A stretch of 64,000 nucleotides of DNA from Eledone cirrhosa (Eukaryota): positions 31,558,001 through 31,622,000 of the forward strand of contig OZ024740.1 of assembly GCA_964016885.1 (NCBI GenBank), written 5' to 3'. Both the position numbers and the translations under genes were made by a program. Position 1 is the stretch's first letter. Each line of letters opens with the position of its first letter. Below, piece by piece: positions 13,170-25,500 of the stretch. A model generated the notes under the pieces. That model saw nothing but the letters and a program-made list of their open reading frames with translations, was not told the DNA's origin and ran no database searches.

Positions 13170-16100
13170 CGTTTCTGAATTTGTTTAGCAAGATTCTTTA
13201 TCTGAAATCGTGTGTTGAAACCGATATTGTTATACTTTGGGAGGGTCATGTTGCCAATAAGAAACACACGCACCAGTTGCTTTCACTTCAATTTATTATA
13301 ATAAATTTATAATAAATTTATAATAAATTTATAAATTTATAAATTTCTGGTTGGTTGGTTGGTTCCACAACCAGATAGTTGTTTATATATTGTTATAGTT
13401 CTTTCGTCACACACTCTGTGACCTCTTCAGTGACTGGGGATTCCTTTCTTTGTTTCTGTGCCTCTCCTTTGTTCTGTCCTACGCCATTTTGTTTCTCTGT
13501 GTGTGTTGTGTGCTCAGTCTGCGCATGCACCACATCCAGGTGTCTGTGTGTGTTTATGTTCATTTATTTATTTGTTTATTTACATGTTACTGGTTGGTTG
13601 TTTGTTCTGTGTGTGTGTGTGTTTTCATTTTGTCCTTAATTGTAAGTTGTGATGTTGCTGTTCCACTCATATTTTCTATTTAACTTATTCATGGTATGGT
13701 GGGACAGTAGACTTAAACTTAAAGAACAATTAGAAGCCCCTTAACCCTGATAATGTACTCCCGCTACGTTGATGATATAAACATTGTAGTTAAGACACCC
13801 CTCTAGAGAACAGTCAGGAACTAGAGAAAAACACAATGGAAAGCATCCATCAAATAGCAAACTCCATCCACCAGAGCATTAGAGTTACTATAGACTACCC
13901 AAGTAAACACCCCAACCATCGATTACCTGTACTAGACACAGAGCTCTGGTTAGATACCATTAACAACAAAAAACAAATCCTCCATTCCCATTATGCCAAA
14001 CCCATGACTTCCAAACATCTGATCCACCGAAACTCGGCCATTTCGGACCATACCAAAATTAACATACTGATTGCGGATTTGGTACGGGTGATGAGAAACG
14101 TGTCCCGCATGTGCAACCCCGAAGAACTAGAGAGACACATACAACACTTCATCCACCGTATGCAGTTCTCTGGCTACAATCAGAGAGATAAAATCAGAGT
14201 GTATAGAGGAGCCAGAACCAAATGGGAAAAAATGGTAAATAATGACATAAATGGGACCTGCCCCTTGTATAGGAGCAAATTTTGGAATAGAATAGAAAGA
14301 ACTAGGAACAAGGCTAATAGAATAAACTCATGGTATGATAGCAATAAATACCAGAGTGTAATGTTCATCGATACAACCCCTAGAGGGGAATTAGCTTACA
14401 AATTTAGAAGGGCCCTAAACAAACATAAACTCAATATTAAGATAGTAGAAAGACCAGGTACCTCCGTAAAAACACTTATTAGCAAGACATACCCTTTTCA
14501 AAGACCCTCATGTATACATAAGAAATGTATAACCTGTAAAATAAGCCCCCATATTAACTGCAAAACTAGAAATGTAGTGTATAGCATAAGATGTACTGAA
14601 GGACAATGTAGAGACAAAAATATAGTGTACATAGGTGAGACAGCTCGTAGTGTAGGAGAATGGATAAATGAACACTGGCGAGACCTTCAAGATAGTAAAG
14701 AATCATCTGTACTCTACCAACATGCTAAAATAGAACACAAGGGTAAATTAGAGAACATAGAAATAAAAATAGAATCTACACACAGAAAAGACGCAATGTT
14801 TAGACAAATTACAGAGGCAATAAACATAAAAGAATTACAACCAAAATTAAATAGAAAATATGAGTGGAACAGCAACATCACAACTTACAATTAAGGACAA
14901 AATGAAAACACACACACACAGAACAAACAACCAACCAGTAACATGTAAATAAACAAATAAATAAATGAACATAAACACACACAGACACCCGGATGTGGCG
15001 CATGCGCAGACTGAGCACACAACACACACAGAGAAACAAAATGGCGTAGGACAGAACAAAGGAGAGGCACAGAAACAAAGAAAGGAATCCCCAGTCACTG
15101 AAGAGGTCACAGAGTGTGTGACGAAAGAACTATGACAATATATAAACAACTATCTGGTTGTGGAACCAACCAACCAACCAGAAATTTATAAATTTATAAA
15201 TTTATAATAAATTTATTATAATAAATTGAAGTGAAAGCAACTGGTGCGTGTGTTTCTTATTGGCAACATGACCCTCCCAAAGTATAACAATATATATATA
15301 TATATATACATATTCAAAATAGGGGGCACAGAGGACAAAGACAATGGAAAGGTGGTCTGTCCCATCTCCTCAGTCAACCTCTGGAAATCACTACAGTTTC
15401 AGTATATTAAAGTTGATACTATTCATTTGAGTGTACATTGGGGCATAACAAAACAGGTATAGACAAGTTATATATGTATATATATATTAAGAATTAAAGA
15501 ATTTTATTGTACATCTACAAACTGGTTACTGAGAGTTGATAAGATTTTGGTTTTAAACCAATTTTTTGGCTTTCATCATCTTAACATTTTAACATCCTAT
15601 TCCATTCACACCTGAAAAGTTATGCCACTGGTATTAAACATTTTTCATTTTCTACTGTTCTATATTACAGAAAATAAATATGATGGGTTCAAAACTTAAA
15701 AGAAATAAATTTGACTTCTACAGTACCTCTCCAGATAAAGAAAGGGAATTTTATTCTGATGAAGAATGTTCAACTTCAGATGATTGTAGAAAAAGTATGT
15801 GATTTTTTAAAATGGAATCCCACTATAAGATAGAAACTAAACTAATATTAAGGTTTATTTTAAAATTCAAAGGGTTAGGCAAACAGTTTTTTAGTTATTC
15901 TTCCATATGTGCATGTATATCTATTTACCTACCTACTTATGTACATTCCTTTATACATCCTCACACCCAAATAATTGTCATCATTTTAACATCTATTTTT
16001 CTATACTGACTCAATCATCAGTTGTCTCTTCTTTTTTAAGTCTAACATCTTGAGATAAACTATTGTTAATAGTACCTATAACTGAGGGAAGATGAGGAGT

Positions 16101-16533
16101 GATGTAGTTAGATTCAATGTTGTAATGCTTTGAATCAGGCTCACAAGATATAAATAACAAAACCCCCAAAATCAACAAGGCTTAGTAGTTTAAGAGTTTG
16201 CTTTGCAATCATTGTATCTGAGTTCAGTCCTGCTGCTTGTCATGTTGGACAAGTATTTTCTACTATAGCCTCAGGCTGTCCAGTACCTTGTGAGTGGAAT
16301 TTGGTATTCAGAAACTGCAGAAGCTCGTTATATATATAAAGAGAGAGAGGTAGAACACTGGAAGGTAATATCCATAGTGGTAGAGCACTCAATCCATGGG
16401 ACGAGTTTGGTAGAGGTAGTAACACAACAGTTAGTTCACCATACCAAGAACAATTGTTTCACCTTTTGCCTAAGGTGAAACATAAGGTGAAACAATTGTT
16501 CTCGGTATGGTGAACTAACTGTTGTGTTACTAC

Positions 16534-16583
<50 letters not shown>

Positions 16584-19500
16584 GTTATTTATCTAAGTGT
16601 TTATTTCTGAGTGTTGTGTTTGCATCATCTCACTCAACAAATTTGGTGTAAACAGGATAGAGCACTCCACATTGGTAGTAATGTAAATGCTAAAGGGTAA
16701 ATGTTTATTCATGTGTATATATATGTGTGTGTATATGTGTGAATATGTATGTCCCATAACTTAGCAGTTCAACAAAACCATTAAAAAAAATAAAGATTGA
16801 TAAAATAAGTATCAAATTAAAAAAAATAAATACAGAGTCGATATGATTGACTAAATCAAGGTGGTGCCCCAGCATGGTCAGAGTCTACTGACTGAAACAA
16901 GTAAATATAATAAAAGAATAGGTAACAAAAACTTAATGTGGACAACCACTACATGATAGCATGGAATATTTAACATAAAAACTAATGATGGTAATTTGGT
17001 ATTGAGTAACCCTTATTTGTTCTGATTCTGCCCTTCCATTTTCAAGAGAATAGGGTGTAATTTGAGGGTCATTTGGCAGCTATTATTAACATATTGAAAG
17101 GGCGGTGGATTGGCAGTATCGGTAGAGGGTCGGATGCCATGCTTTCCAGCATAGTTACGTCCCTTTACGATCTGAGTTCAAATCCCGCCGAGGTTGACTT
17201 TGCCTTTCATCCTTACGGGGTCAATAAAATAAAGTACCAGTAATGCACTGGGTAATTGCTGACCTTGTGCCTAAAGTAGAAACAATTATTAACATATTGA
17301 ATGATTGTGCCTTTATTGTTGATTTTAAACATGTCTGGTGATTGTAATGTCATTGTATAGCATCAACAACTAAAAAAGAGATAGACACTATGTAAGACAA
17401 TTACTAAATATAAAAATATATTTTAAAAATAGATTACTGATGCATTAACAGTGTTTTGTTTCAATGCCATACTGTGCTACTTACTTGCTTACTTTTCATG
17501 CCACATCAGATCTGATGGTTGGTAAATGTGTGATGCAGTTATGACATATGTGCGCATGTGCAGGTGTATGCATATACATATCAGGGTGGTGAATTGGCAG
17601 ATCGGTAGAGCCTCAGACACCATGCTTTGCAGCATTGAGTTATGGCCCTTTGCGTTGTGAGTTCAAATCACGCTGAAGTTAACTTTGCCTTTCGTCCTTT
17701 TGGGGGTCGATAAAATAAAGCACCAGTAATGCGCTGGGGTAATTGCTGGCCTTGTGTCAAAAGTAGAAACAATTATTATCAGTCATCAACATATTTTTTA
17801 ATATACAGACCCTCATTGAAAAAGCATTATAACAAATGCTTTCCCAGGGACCACCAAACTGAGGCAAGGTTGGCTTACTGCTCTTGAGAATATATCTATA
17901 AAAATATCATCATCATCGTTTAATGTCCATTTTCCATGCTAGTATGGGTTAGATGGGTTGTCCCATTAAAGGTAGTTGGGTCATATGACCATGTCTTGCT
18001 CATATAGGACTCTTTCTGGCTGGTTTTCTATGGGTGGTTGCCCTTCCTAATGCCAACCACTTTACAGTGTGTGCTGGGTGCTTTTTATTGTGACACCTAC
18101 ATGACCACTTTACAGTGTGAACTGGGGACTGAGGCAAGGGTGTAAAGGTGTGGGAGAAGGGTGTGTTGTTAGGGCGTGGGAGGTGCATGGAAGGGGGAGG
18201 GAGGTGCATGGAAGGGGGAGGTGCATGGAAGGGGGAGGGAGGTGCATGGAAGGGGGAGGGAGGATAGCAGTTAAGTGATGCATACTAGATGTATGCTTCA
18301 ATCTATGTGCATGGGAAGGCGCATCTTCTGTATTACTGCATAATGACAAAGATCTCGATCCTGTGTCATTGTCCTTAAGAGGTGCAATTGTGCAAGGTCA
18401 ACTTTTATCACTTCATTCCGAGTCTTCCTAGGTCGTCCTACTCCATAACTTTCATCAACTTTCATCGTCCTGTACCTTTTCATACAGGTGTCATCCTTCA
18501 TTCGCATGACATGGCTATACCAACACAATCTCTTCTACTGCACACTGCATTTGATCCCTCCTAAACCCAATTTCTCTTTCAGTTCATTCAGCTGATAAAC
18601 TCATAGGCTGACCAAGATACTCTCATGGAATGACCAAATGAGGTTTATTTTTCAACATAGTCCCTGGAAAGAAACACTGCAGTTATAAATAAGAAGAGTT
18701 GAAATTAATGCATACAAGATTTCACAGCTCTAGCATCACTTCTTTATTGTCAGCCTATGAACTTTTCTGCCGTCTCTTGTAGTATAACACTTTTTATCAA
18801 AATATTTTCATGTTAAAATAATATTAATTGAAAGGATTTTACTTTTTAAGTTAACAAACTTTTATTAGCCAAGTTTCTGATAATATAATATTAACTCTTT
18901 CAGAACTTTCTGGAAAGAAAAGCCCAAGTTTTGTTCAGAAAACTAAGAAAACTAAAACTAGCAGTGATGTTCATGAGAAACATGTTGCCTTAAATCTCTC
19001 ATACAACAATATTTTGGACTTCTCCTTTTCATCAGTAAAGAGTAATATCCAACAGAAATGTTTCCGATATCTACAGAAACTTAATATTTCTAACAATCAA
19101 CTTGTCACAATTTCAGAAAATTTGTTTAATGTAAGATTTTTCTTATTTCCTCTTCATTTCCTTTTTGCTTAATTGTTTTGAATAATAATAATAATAATAA
19201 TGAAATTATTGTGTAAAGTGCTCAGGTGCACTACAACTCATCAAAGGTGCATGTATAGTACATAGAATAATATACAAATGTCAGGGAAGTGAATAGTGTA
19301 TCAGTCATGATATACATGTGTGTATGTGTATGGAGGGGGAACATTAGGTGTAGTGTTGGCGAATCTCAGGAAGCATGGAGGTTTTAAAGGATGGTCTGCT
19401 CACATCTATTTTTATATCTATTAATGTTATGTCTACAAAAAGTTCAGTTTTTCTTTTCTTTGTGTGTCTGATCTCTTTTTTAAAATATCTTTGGTTTAAG

Positions 19501-22500
19501 AATGTTATCGTTTCTTGCTAGGAAGCTAGTAGTGTTGTCTGTTGTTGTTGAAGAAGATTACAAAGCAATTTTTCGGGTGTGTAGCACGTGGTGAAGTGTT
19601 TGGTAATGAATTGAAGCATTGTAGCGAAGTCACCCTAAATATTCTGTAGAACTGAAGTTTGGTAAATAATTTGAAGAAGTGAAGTTTTATCATGTAGATG
19701 AAAAGCTTGGTAATTATAGATTACCGGGGTTACCAATTGAAGCAATACAAAGTTAGTAGATGTTGTTAGGTGAAAATAACACAAATAGATGGTTTCATTT
19801 TGATATAAAATTTACTTCATTTCATAAATGAACAAAGAATAGGTTACTACGAGTTATAACGGTTGACGATGTTTTGTTGTTACTTCGTTATGCTGGTGTA
19901 GTCTGTGGCCAGAGAAGGTGAGAGCGAGAGAGAAAGGTTTGTAGGAGCCAGTAGACCAGGAGAGAGAGTAAAGGTCTCTAGAAATCTGTAGACCCCAAGG
20001 GGTCTGTAGGAAGCAAATGTACTGCTCCAAAGTGGTTTTATGTGGGCCCTAATGCTTTGTAGCATAGAGTTATGGGCCTTTACGTTCTGAGTTCAAATTC
20101 CGCCAAGATTAACTTTGTCTTTCATCCTTACGGGGTCAATAAAATAAAGTACCAGTAATGCACTGGGGTTGATTTAATCAACTTCCCCCTTCCCCAAAAT
20201 TGCTGGTCTTGTGCCTATAGTTGAAATCATTATTATTATAATAATAACAATAATAATTATTATTTCTACTTTTGGTACAAGGCCAGCAATTATCCCAAAG
20301 TACCAGTAATACACTGGGATAATTGCTGGCCTTGTATGATTGGCTATTTTATGACATTTACTTTGGTTGGTCCCTGCCTTCAACATAGTAATCAAATCAA
20401 CTTTGTGTTTCATTCCTCCACCGAGTCACTATAAATAGCAAAAGTGATTCAATCAACTATGCCTTCTCATATTTTGTTTAATTAAAAGAAAGTTTAAAAT
20501 TTAATTTTTAATTTTTATTTTTATTTTAGTTTCTACCAGAACTGAAGGAGTTGGACATTTCCAATAATTGTCTAAATAATTTCCCAGTTGGAGTTTTGAA
20601 TTGTCGGTGTTTGGAAACTCTGAAAATCAAATACAATAGGGTGTGTTATTTATCTAAGCATCATCATCATCATCATCATCATCATAATCCCCATCACCAC
20701 CACCACCATCCATCACCACCACCACCATCCATCACCACCACCACCATCCATCACCTCCACCATCATTATCACCAGCACCAACACCACCACCATCACCACC
20801 ACCACCACCACCACCACCATCCATCACCACCAACACCAACCACCACCATCACCATCACCATCACCACCACCATCACCACCATCACCACCACCACTACCAT
20901 CCATCAGCACTACCATCACCATTATACCACCACCACCACCACCACGACCATCCATCACCACTACCATCACCATTATACCACCGCCACCACCACAACCTCC
21001 ACAACCATCACCACAACCATCACCACCACCATCACCACCACCATCACCACCAACACCAACCACCACCACCACCATCACCACCACCATCACCACCACCACC
21101 ACCACCATCACCACCACCACCACCATCCATCACCACTACCATCACCATTATACCACCACCACCACCACCACCACCATCCATCACCACTACCATCACCATT
21201 ATACCACCGCCACCACCACCATCACTGCCACCTCCCCAACCATCACCACCACCATCACCACCACCACCACCATCACCACCACCACCATCACCACCACCAC
21301 CATCACCACCACCACCACCACCACCACCACCACCACCACCACCATCACCACCACCACCACCTACACCACCACCACCACCACCACCACCACCACCACCATC
21401 ACCACCACCATCACTGCCACCACCACCACCACAACCAACACCACCATCACCACCACCACCACCACCACCACCACCACCACCACCACCACCACCACCATCA
21501 CCACCACCATCACTGCCACCACCACAACCAACACCACCATCACCACCACCACCACCACCACCACCACCACCACCATCACCACCACCATCACTGCCACCAC
21601 CACCACCACAACCAACACCACCATCACCACCACCACCACCACCACCACCACCACCACCACCATCACCACCACCATCACTGCCACCACCACAACCAACACC
21701 ACTATCACCACCACCACCACCATCACCACCACCACCACCACCACCACCACCACCACCACCACCACCACCATCACCACCACCACCACCTACACCACCACCA
21801 CCACCACCACCACCACCACCACCACCACCACCACCACCACCACCATCACCACCACCATCACTGCCACCACCACCACCACAACCATCACCACCACCACCAC
21901 CACCATCACCATCATCATCAATATTGAAACATTTCTTTATTTCATCATGTTTTTATTTTTTCAGATTAAAGACATTTCTTGTGCAGATTTTCCTGTTTTA
22001 TTTAGTTTAAAGAATTTAGATTTATCAGGAAATACTCTTCATCAATTCCCATCATGGCTGGCAGAACATTTTCCAGGATTAGAGAATTTGTATCTGAAAA
22101 AGTGAGAAATAGCCAAACATTTCTTGTCTAGCATGACCTTCTTCTTCTTCTTCTTCTTCTTCTTCTTCTTCTTCTTCTTCTTCTTCTTCTTCTTCTTCTT
22201 CTTCTTCAGCTTAAAATGTGACCTGACATCTCTCCCCCCTCCCACTACCACCCCCTAACAGTTATTCTCAACTTCACTACTTCAACCCCCTCACACACAC
22301 ACACATTCCTGACAGCCCCCCCCCCCCCCATTTGGGAAGTGGTTGGTGATAGAAAAGTCATCCAGTTGTAGAAAATTTGTCAGACAACACATCAAGCGAA
22401 CCCTCCAGTCATGTCAAGGACATGACAACCTCCCTAGTGTTGGTGATTTACACGATAACTGCATCGTGTACACACTGTAAAGTGGTTGGTGATATGAAGG

Positions 22501-25500
22501 GCATCCAGCAATAGAAATCTTACCAAACAAAGGGATGGGAGGACCCTCAGTTGTGTCAAAGGCATGAAAACCTCTCCTGAGCACTCAATGGAATGTGAGA
22601 CTGTACATAAGCAAAACACAGATCCCTAGCTTGCCTGGGAGATCAGTGATTCTGCTTCAGTACTGACTTGGTCTGACCCATCCAAGCCTTGCTAGCAGGG
22701 AAAGCAGTTGTTAAAATGACAATGTATACATAAAGGAATGCACATAATATTAGTCTTCTGATTTCTTTCTTGTAGCATGAAAATGACCCTGATTGAAGAC
22801 AAACCGCTTCAATTAAAACGACTTTTAAAGTTGAATCTATCAGGCAACCAAATCACCACTGTACCTGAATCTTTTTTTATTAGTTGTAATAAATTGATCA
22901 TCTTTAAAATGGCTGAAAATAACTTAGGTAAGTTTTTCGATACTAGATTTTACTTATGTATTTTCTTAGTCTTAATCTGTGGGTGGTGGATTTGTAGAAT
23001 TGGTAGACTATTGGATAAAATGCCATTGCGGTATTTGTTGCAGCTCTTTACATTCTGAGTCCCAACCCTACTGGGGTCAAGTTTACCTTTCATCCTTTCA
23101 GGGTCAATAAAAAAGTTCCAATCCAATATTGGGCTTGATTCTTCTTCTATCTTTTTTTTTTTTACTTCCTCTTTCCCTCTTTGTAAGACATTAAATGTTT
23201 TCAGAAAGAGAAAGGTGATGAGCTCTGCTAGGTTTAAAGTGACCAAGACATGCCGTATGTCACGACAGTCTCCTAGAACTCCATCAGCAGTTACTGGTCC
23301 ATAACTTGCCTCAAATATTTCCAGAGAGAAGAATTTAACTACATTTTAGTTTTATTCAGGACTGGGTTGACCTTTAAGCAAAATAAGCACATGCTTAGGA
23401 CATCTAAAGAAAGGCACTGTTTTATTCAAATTAAATATATTTTCATTCTGCCTATCCAATTTTTTTACAGACTTTATATATTGGGGCATCATAATCTTTA
23501 CACGCTTAGGGCCTCAAAAGGACTTAATCCAGTCTATTTGCGCTGCTGTGCATGTTTATGTCCCCCCCCCCACCCCCACCCCACCCACCCGTAGATTCAA
23601 AAGGAGAATTAAAAAAATATTTTGTTGTATTTATATTTAACCTCCTGTTCATGACCAATGTATCTGTCTAGTTTATTTGATTAAAGTTCTTTTAAAAGAA
23701 AAATAGTACATCCCTGAAAGACAAAACTGTTTTGTTGGTATTTAGATAATTAAGAATTTTAATTTAGACACAAAGCCAATTATATGTGGGGATAGGAAAG
23801 TCAATTATTATATGTGTACAAAGATTAATACTTTTGTTGATTATGATTTTACGTGAAAAAATGAAATGATAAAAAAGAATAAGCTTATGCTTTTATATTT
23901 CTTAAGAAAACACTTGGTTTTGTTTTTTTTTAGCAATGATAACACTCTCTTCAACTGAACAGAAACCATATATAGATGGGGGGGGGGGGGGGTTAATGTA
24001 GTAATATAGTTAAAATGCACTAAGATTATACAAGAATACACCAAGTTTATCCTAAAATATGTGAATATTATGATTATCGTGATGATGCATATCATAATGA
24101 AATGTATGTTTACTTTGCAGAACAATTACCAAGTGAAACAGTTTTGAAAGAATTACCAATGCTTCAGAGTCTTCATCTTAATCATAATAATCTTGGCACC
24201 AAAGAACCATGGTATCTTCCAAAGTTTATCCTGAAGCTACCCAGGTAAAAATAACTTTCTCTAACCATTTACAGAATCAAATAATACTATAGATTGGATA
24301 AAATAAGCTATTAGCAGGGTTTATTTTTCAATTCAATTTTAATTGATAATTATATCAAAGTCGGGCTGGCGAATTGGCAGAGTCATTAAAATGTCAGATA
24401 GAGTGCTTTGGGGTATTCAGTTCAGCTCTCTGCTCTCTGAGTTCAAATCCCATTCAGGTCAAAATTGCCTTTCATCCTTTCGAGGTTGATAAAAAAAAGT
24501 ATCAGTCTAGTACTGGGGTCGATTCTTCTTGTATATCTCTTTCTCACTTCCTCTCTCTCTCACTCTCTAGCCTTCTCTGGAATAAATCTGCTGTACTCAG
24601 GCCTGGAGAGGAATGGGCTCTGCCAGGCTTAAAATGCCCAAGAAATGCTGTATGTCAATACAGCGCCCCTATAACCCCATCAGGAGTTACAGGACCTTTC
24701 CATGCAATATATCAAAGTCATTTCATCTACATATATGGCTAATATTCTTAAGACGGCGTAAACATCAAAACTACAATTCACCCTTTCTTCAAAACCATAG
24801 ACTTTATACCTACTGGGAAAAGGTATCAATAAAACACTTCAATGAACTTCTCCCTTCAAGGTCAAATTAAGTCTTTTTAAGGCCCTAAGCATTTCAAAGA
24901 TTATGGTGGCCACATATATAAAGCACGCAAAATCATTTTGTTTGAAATAACAAAAACATTTAATTTCAATAAAATGTTCCCCCTCTTCCCTTGATACCAT
25001 AAGCTATTGCTTATTTTGCTGAATAGTTAATCCAGCCATGTCTCCCTGAATCATTAGGATAGAGTCATATCATGTTATGTTTGAAAGCACATTCGATGAA
25101 TAATAATTTTTAAAATGACCAAGTAAATGAATCTCTGATTGACTGTGATCATAATGGACCTCTGATGGAGTGTTTCAGTTGTTCAATCAATGGACCAACC
25201 AACTCATGAAATTAGTATATAAGTGGCTAAGTATTCCCCAAACATGTGTATACTTTTAAAAAATTCTCAAAGAGATCCAGATGTGACAATGCTGGCCTTT
25301 TGAAATGCAAGTACAGTCCATTTACTGAGCTTCTAAACAATTTCCATCAAGCCAATTACACTTGCTGTATAAAATATAGTTAAAAGGTTTACTCCACCTT
25401 ACACCATGTTTTAGAAATCCTGCAATGGACATGAGCACTATCCTTTGCTACTTTCCTTTGGCGCATTGATAGACTATTCGTGTGTGATTTGGCTATGTCA

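Larger units (their letters stand above)
13168..15293 (+). mobile_element. 5'-truncated Penelope-like retroelement (PLE) with inverted pLTRs, inserted in (TA)n
   Basis: RT motif RYVDDI near 13762-13779. ORF 13836-14894 has the RT thumb, a Cys linker (CIHKKCITC) and GIY-YIG (VVYSIRC...YIGETARS...H...H). Arms 13224-13683 and 14847-15293 are reverse complements, and (TA)n lies on both sides. Confidence 0.9.

Noticed and set aside
19395-20045. Possible coding remnant with a small hairpin (gtagaccccaaggggtctgt)
   Set aside because: No recognisable motif or sustained frame could be supported by eye.
20551-21927. 458-aa His-rich ORF as a stand-alone gene
   Set aside because: Only the first ~30 codons are an LRR exon. 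The rest is a trinucleotide repeat inside a GT-AG intron, and the start is TTG.
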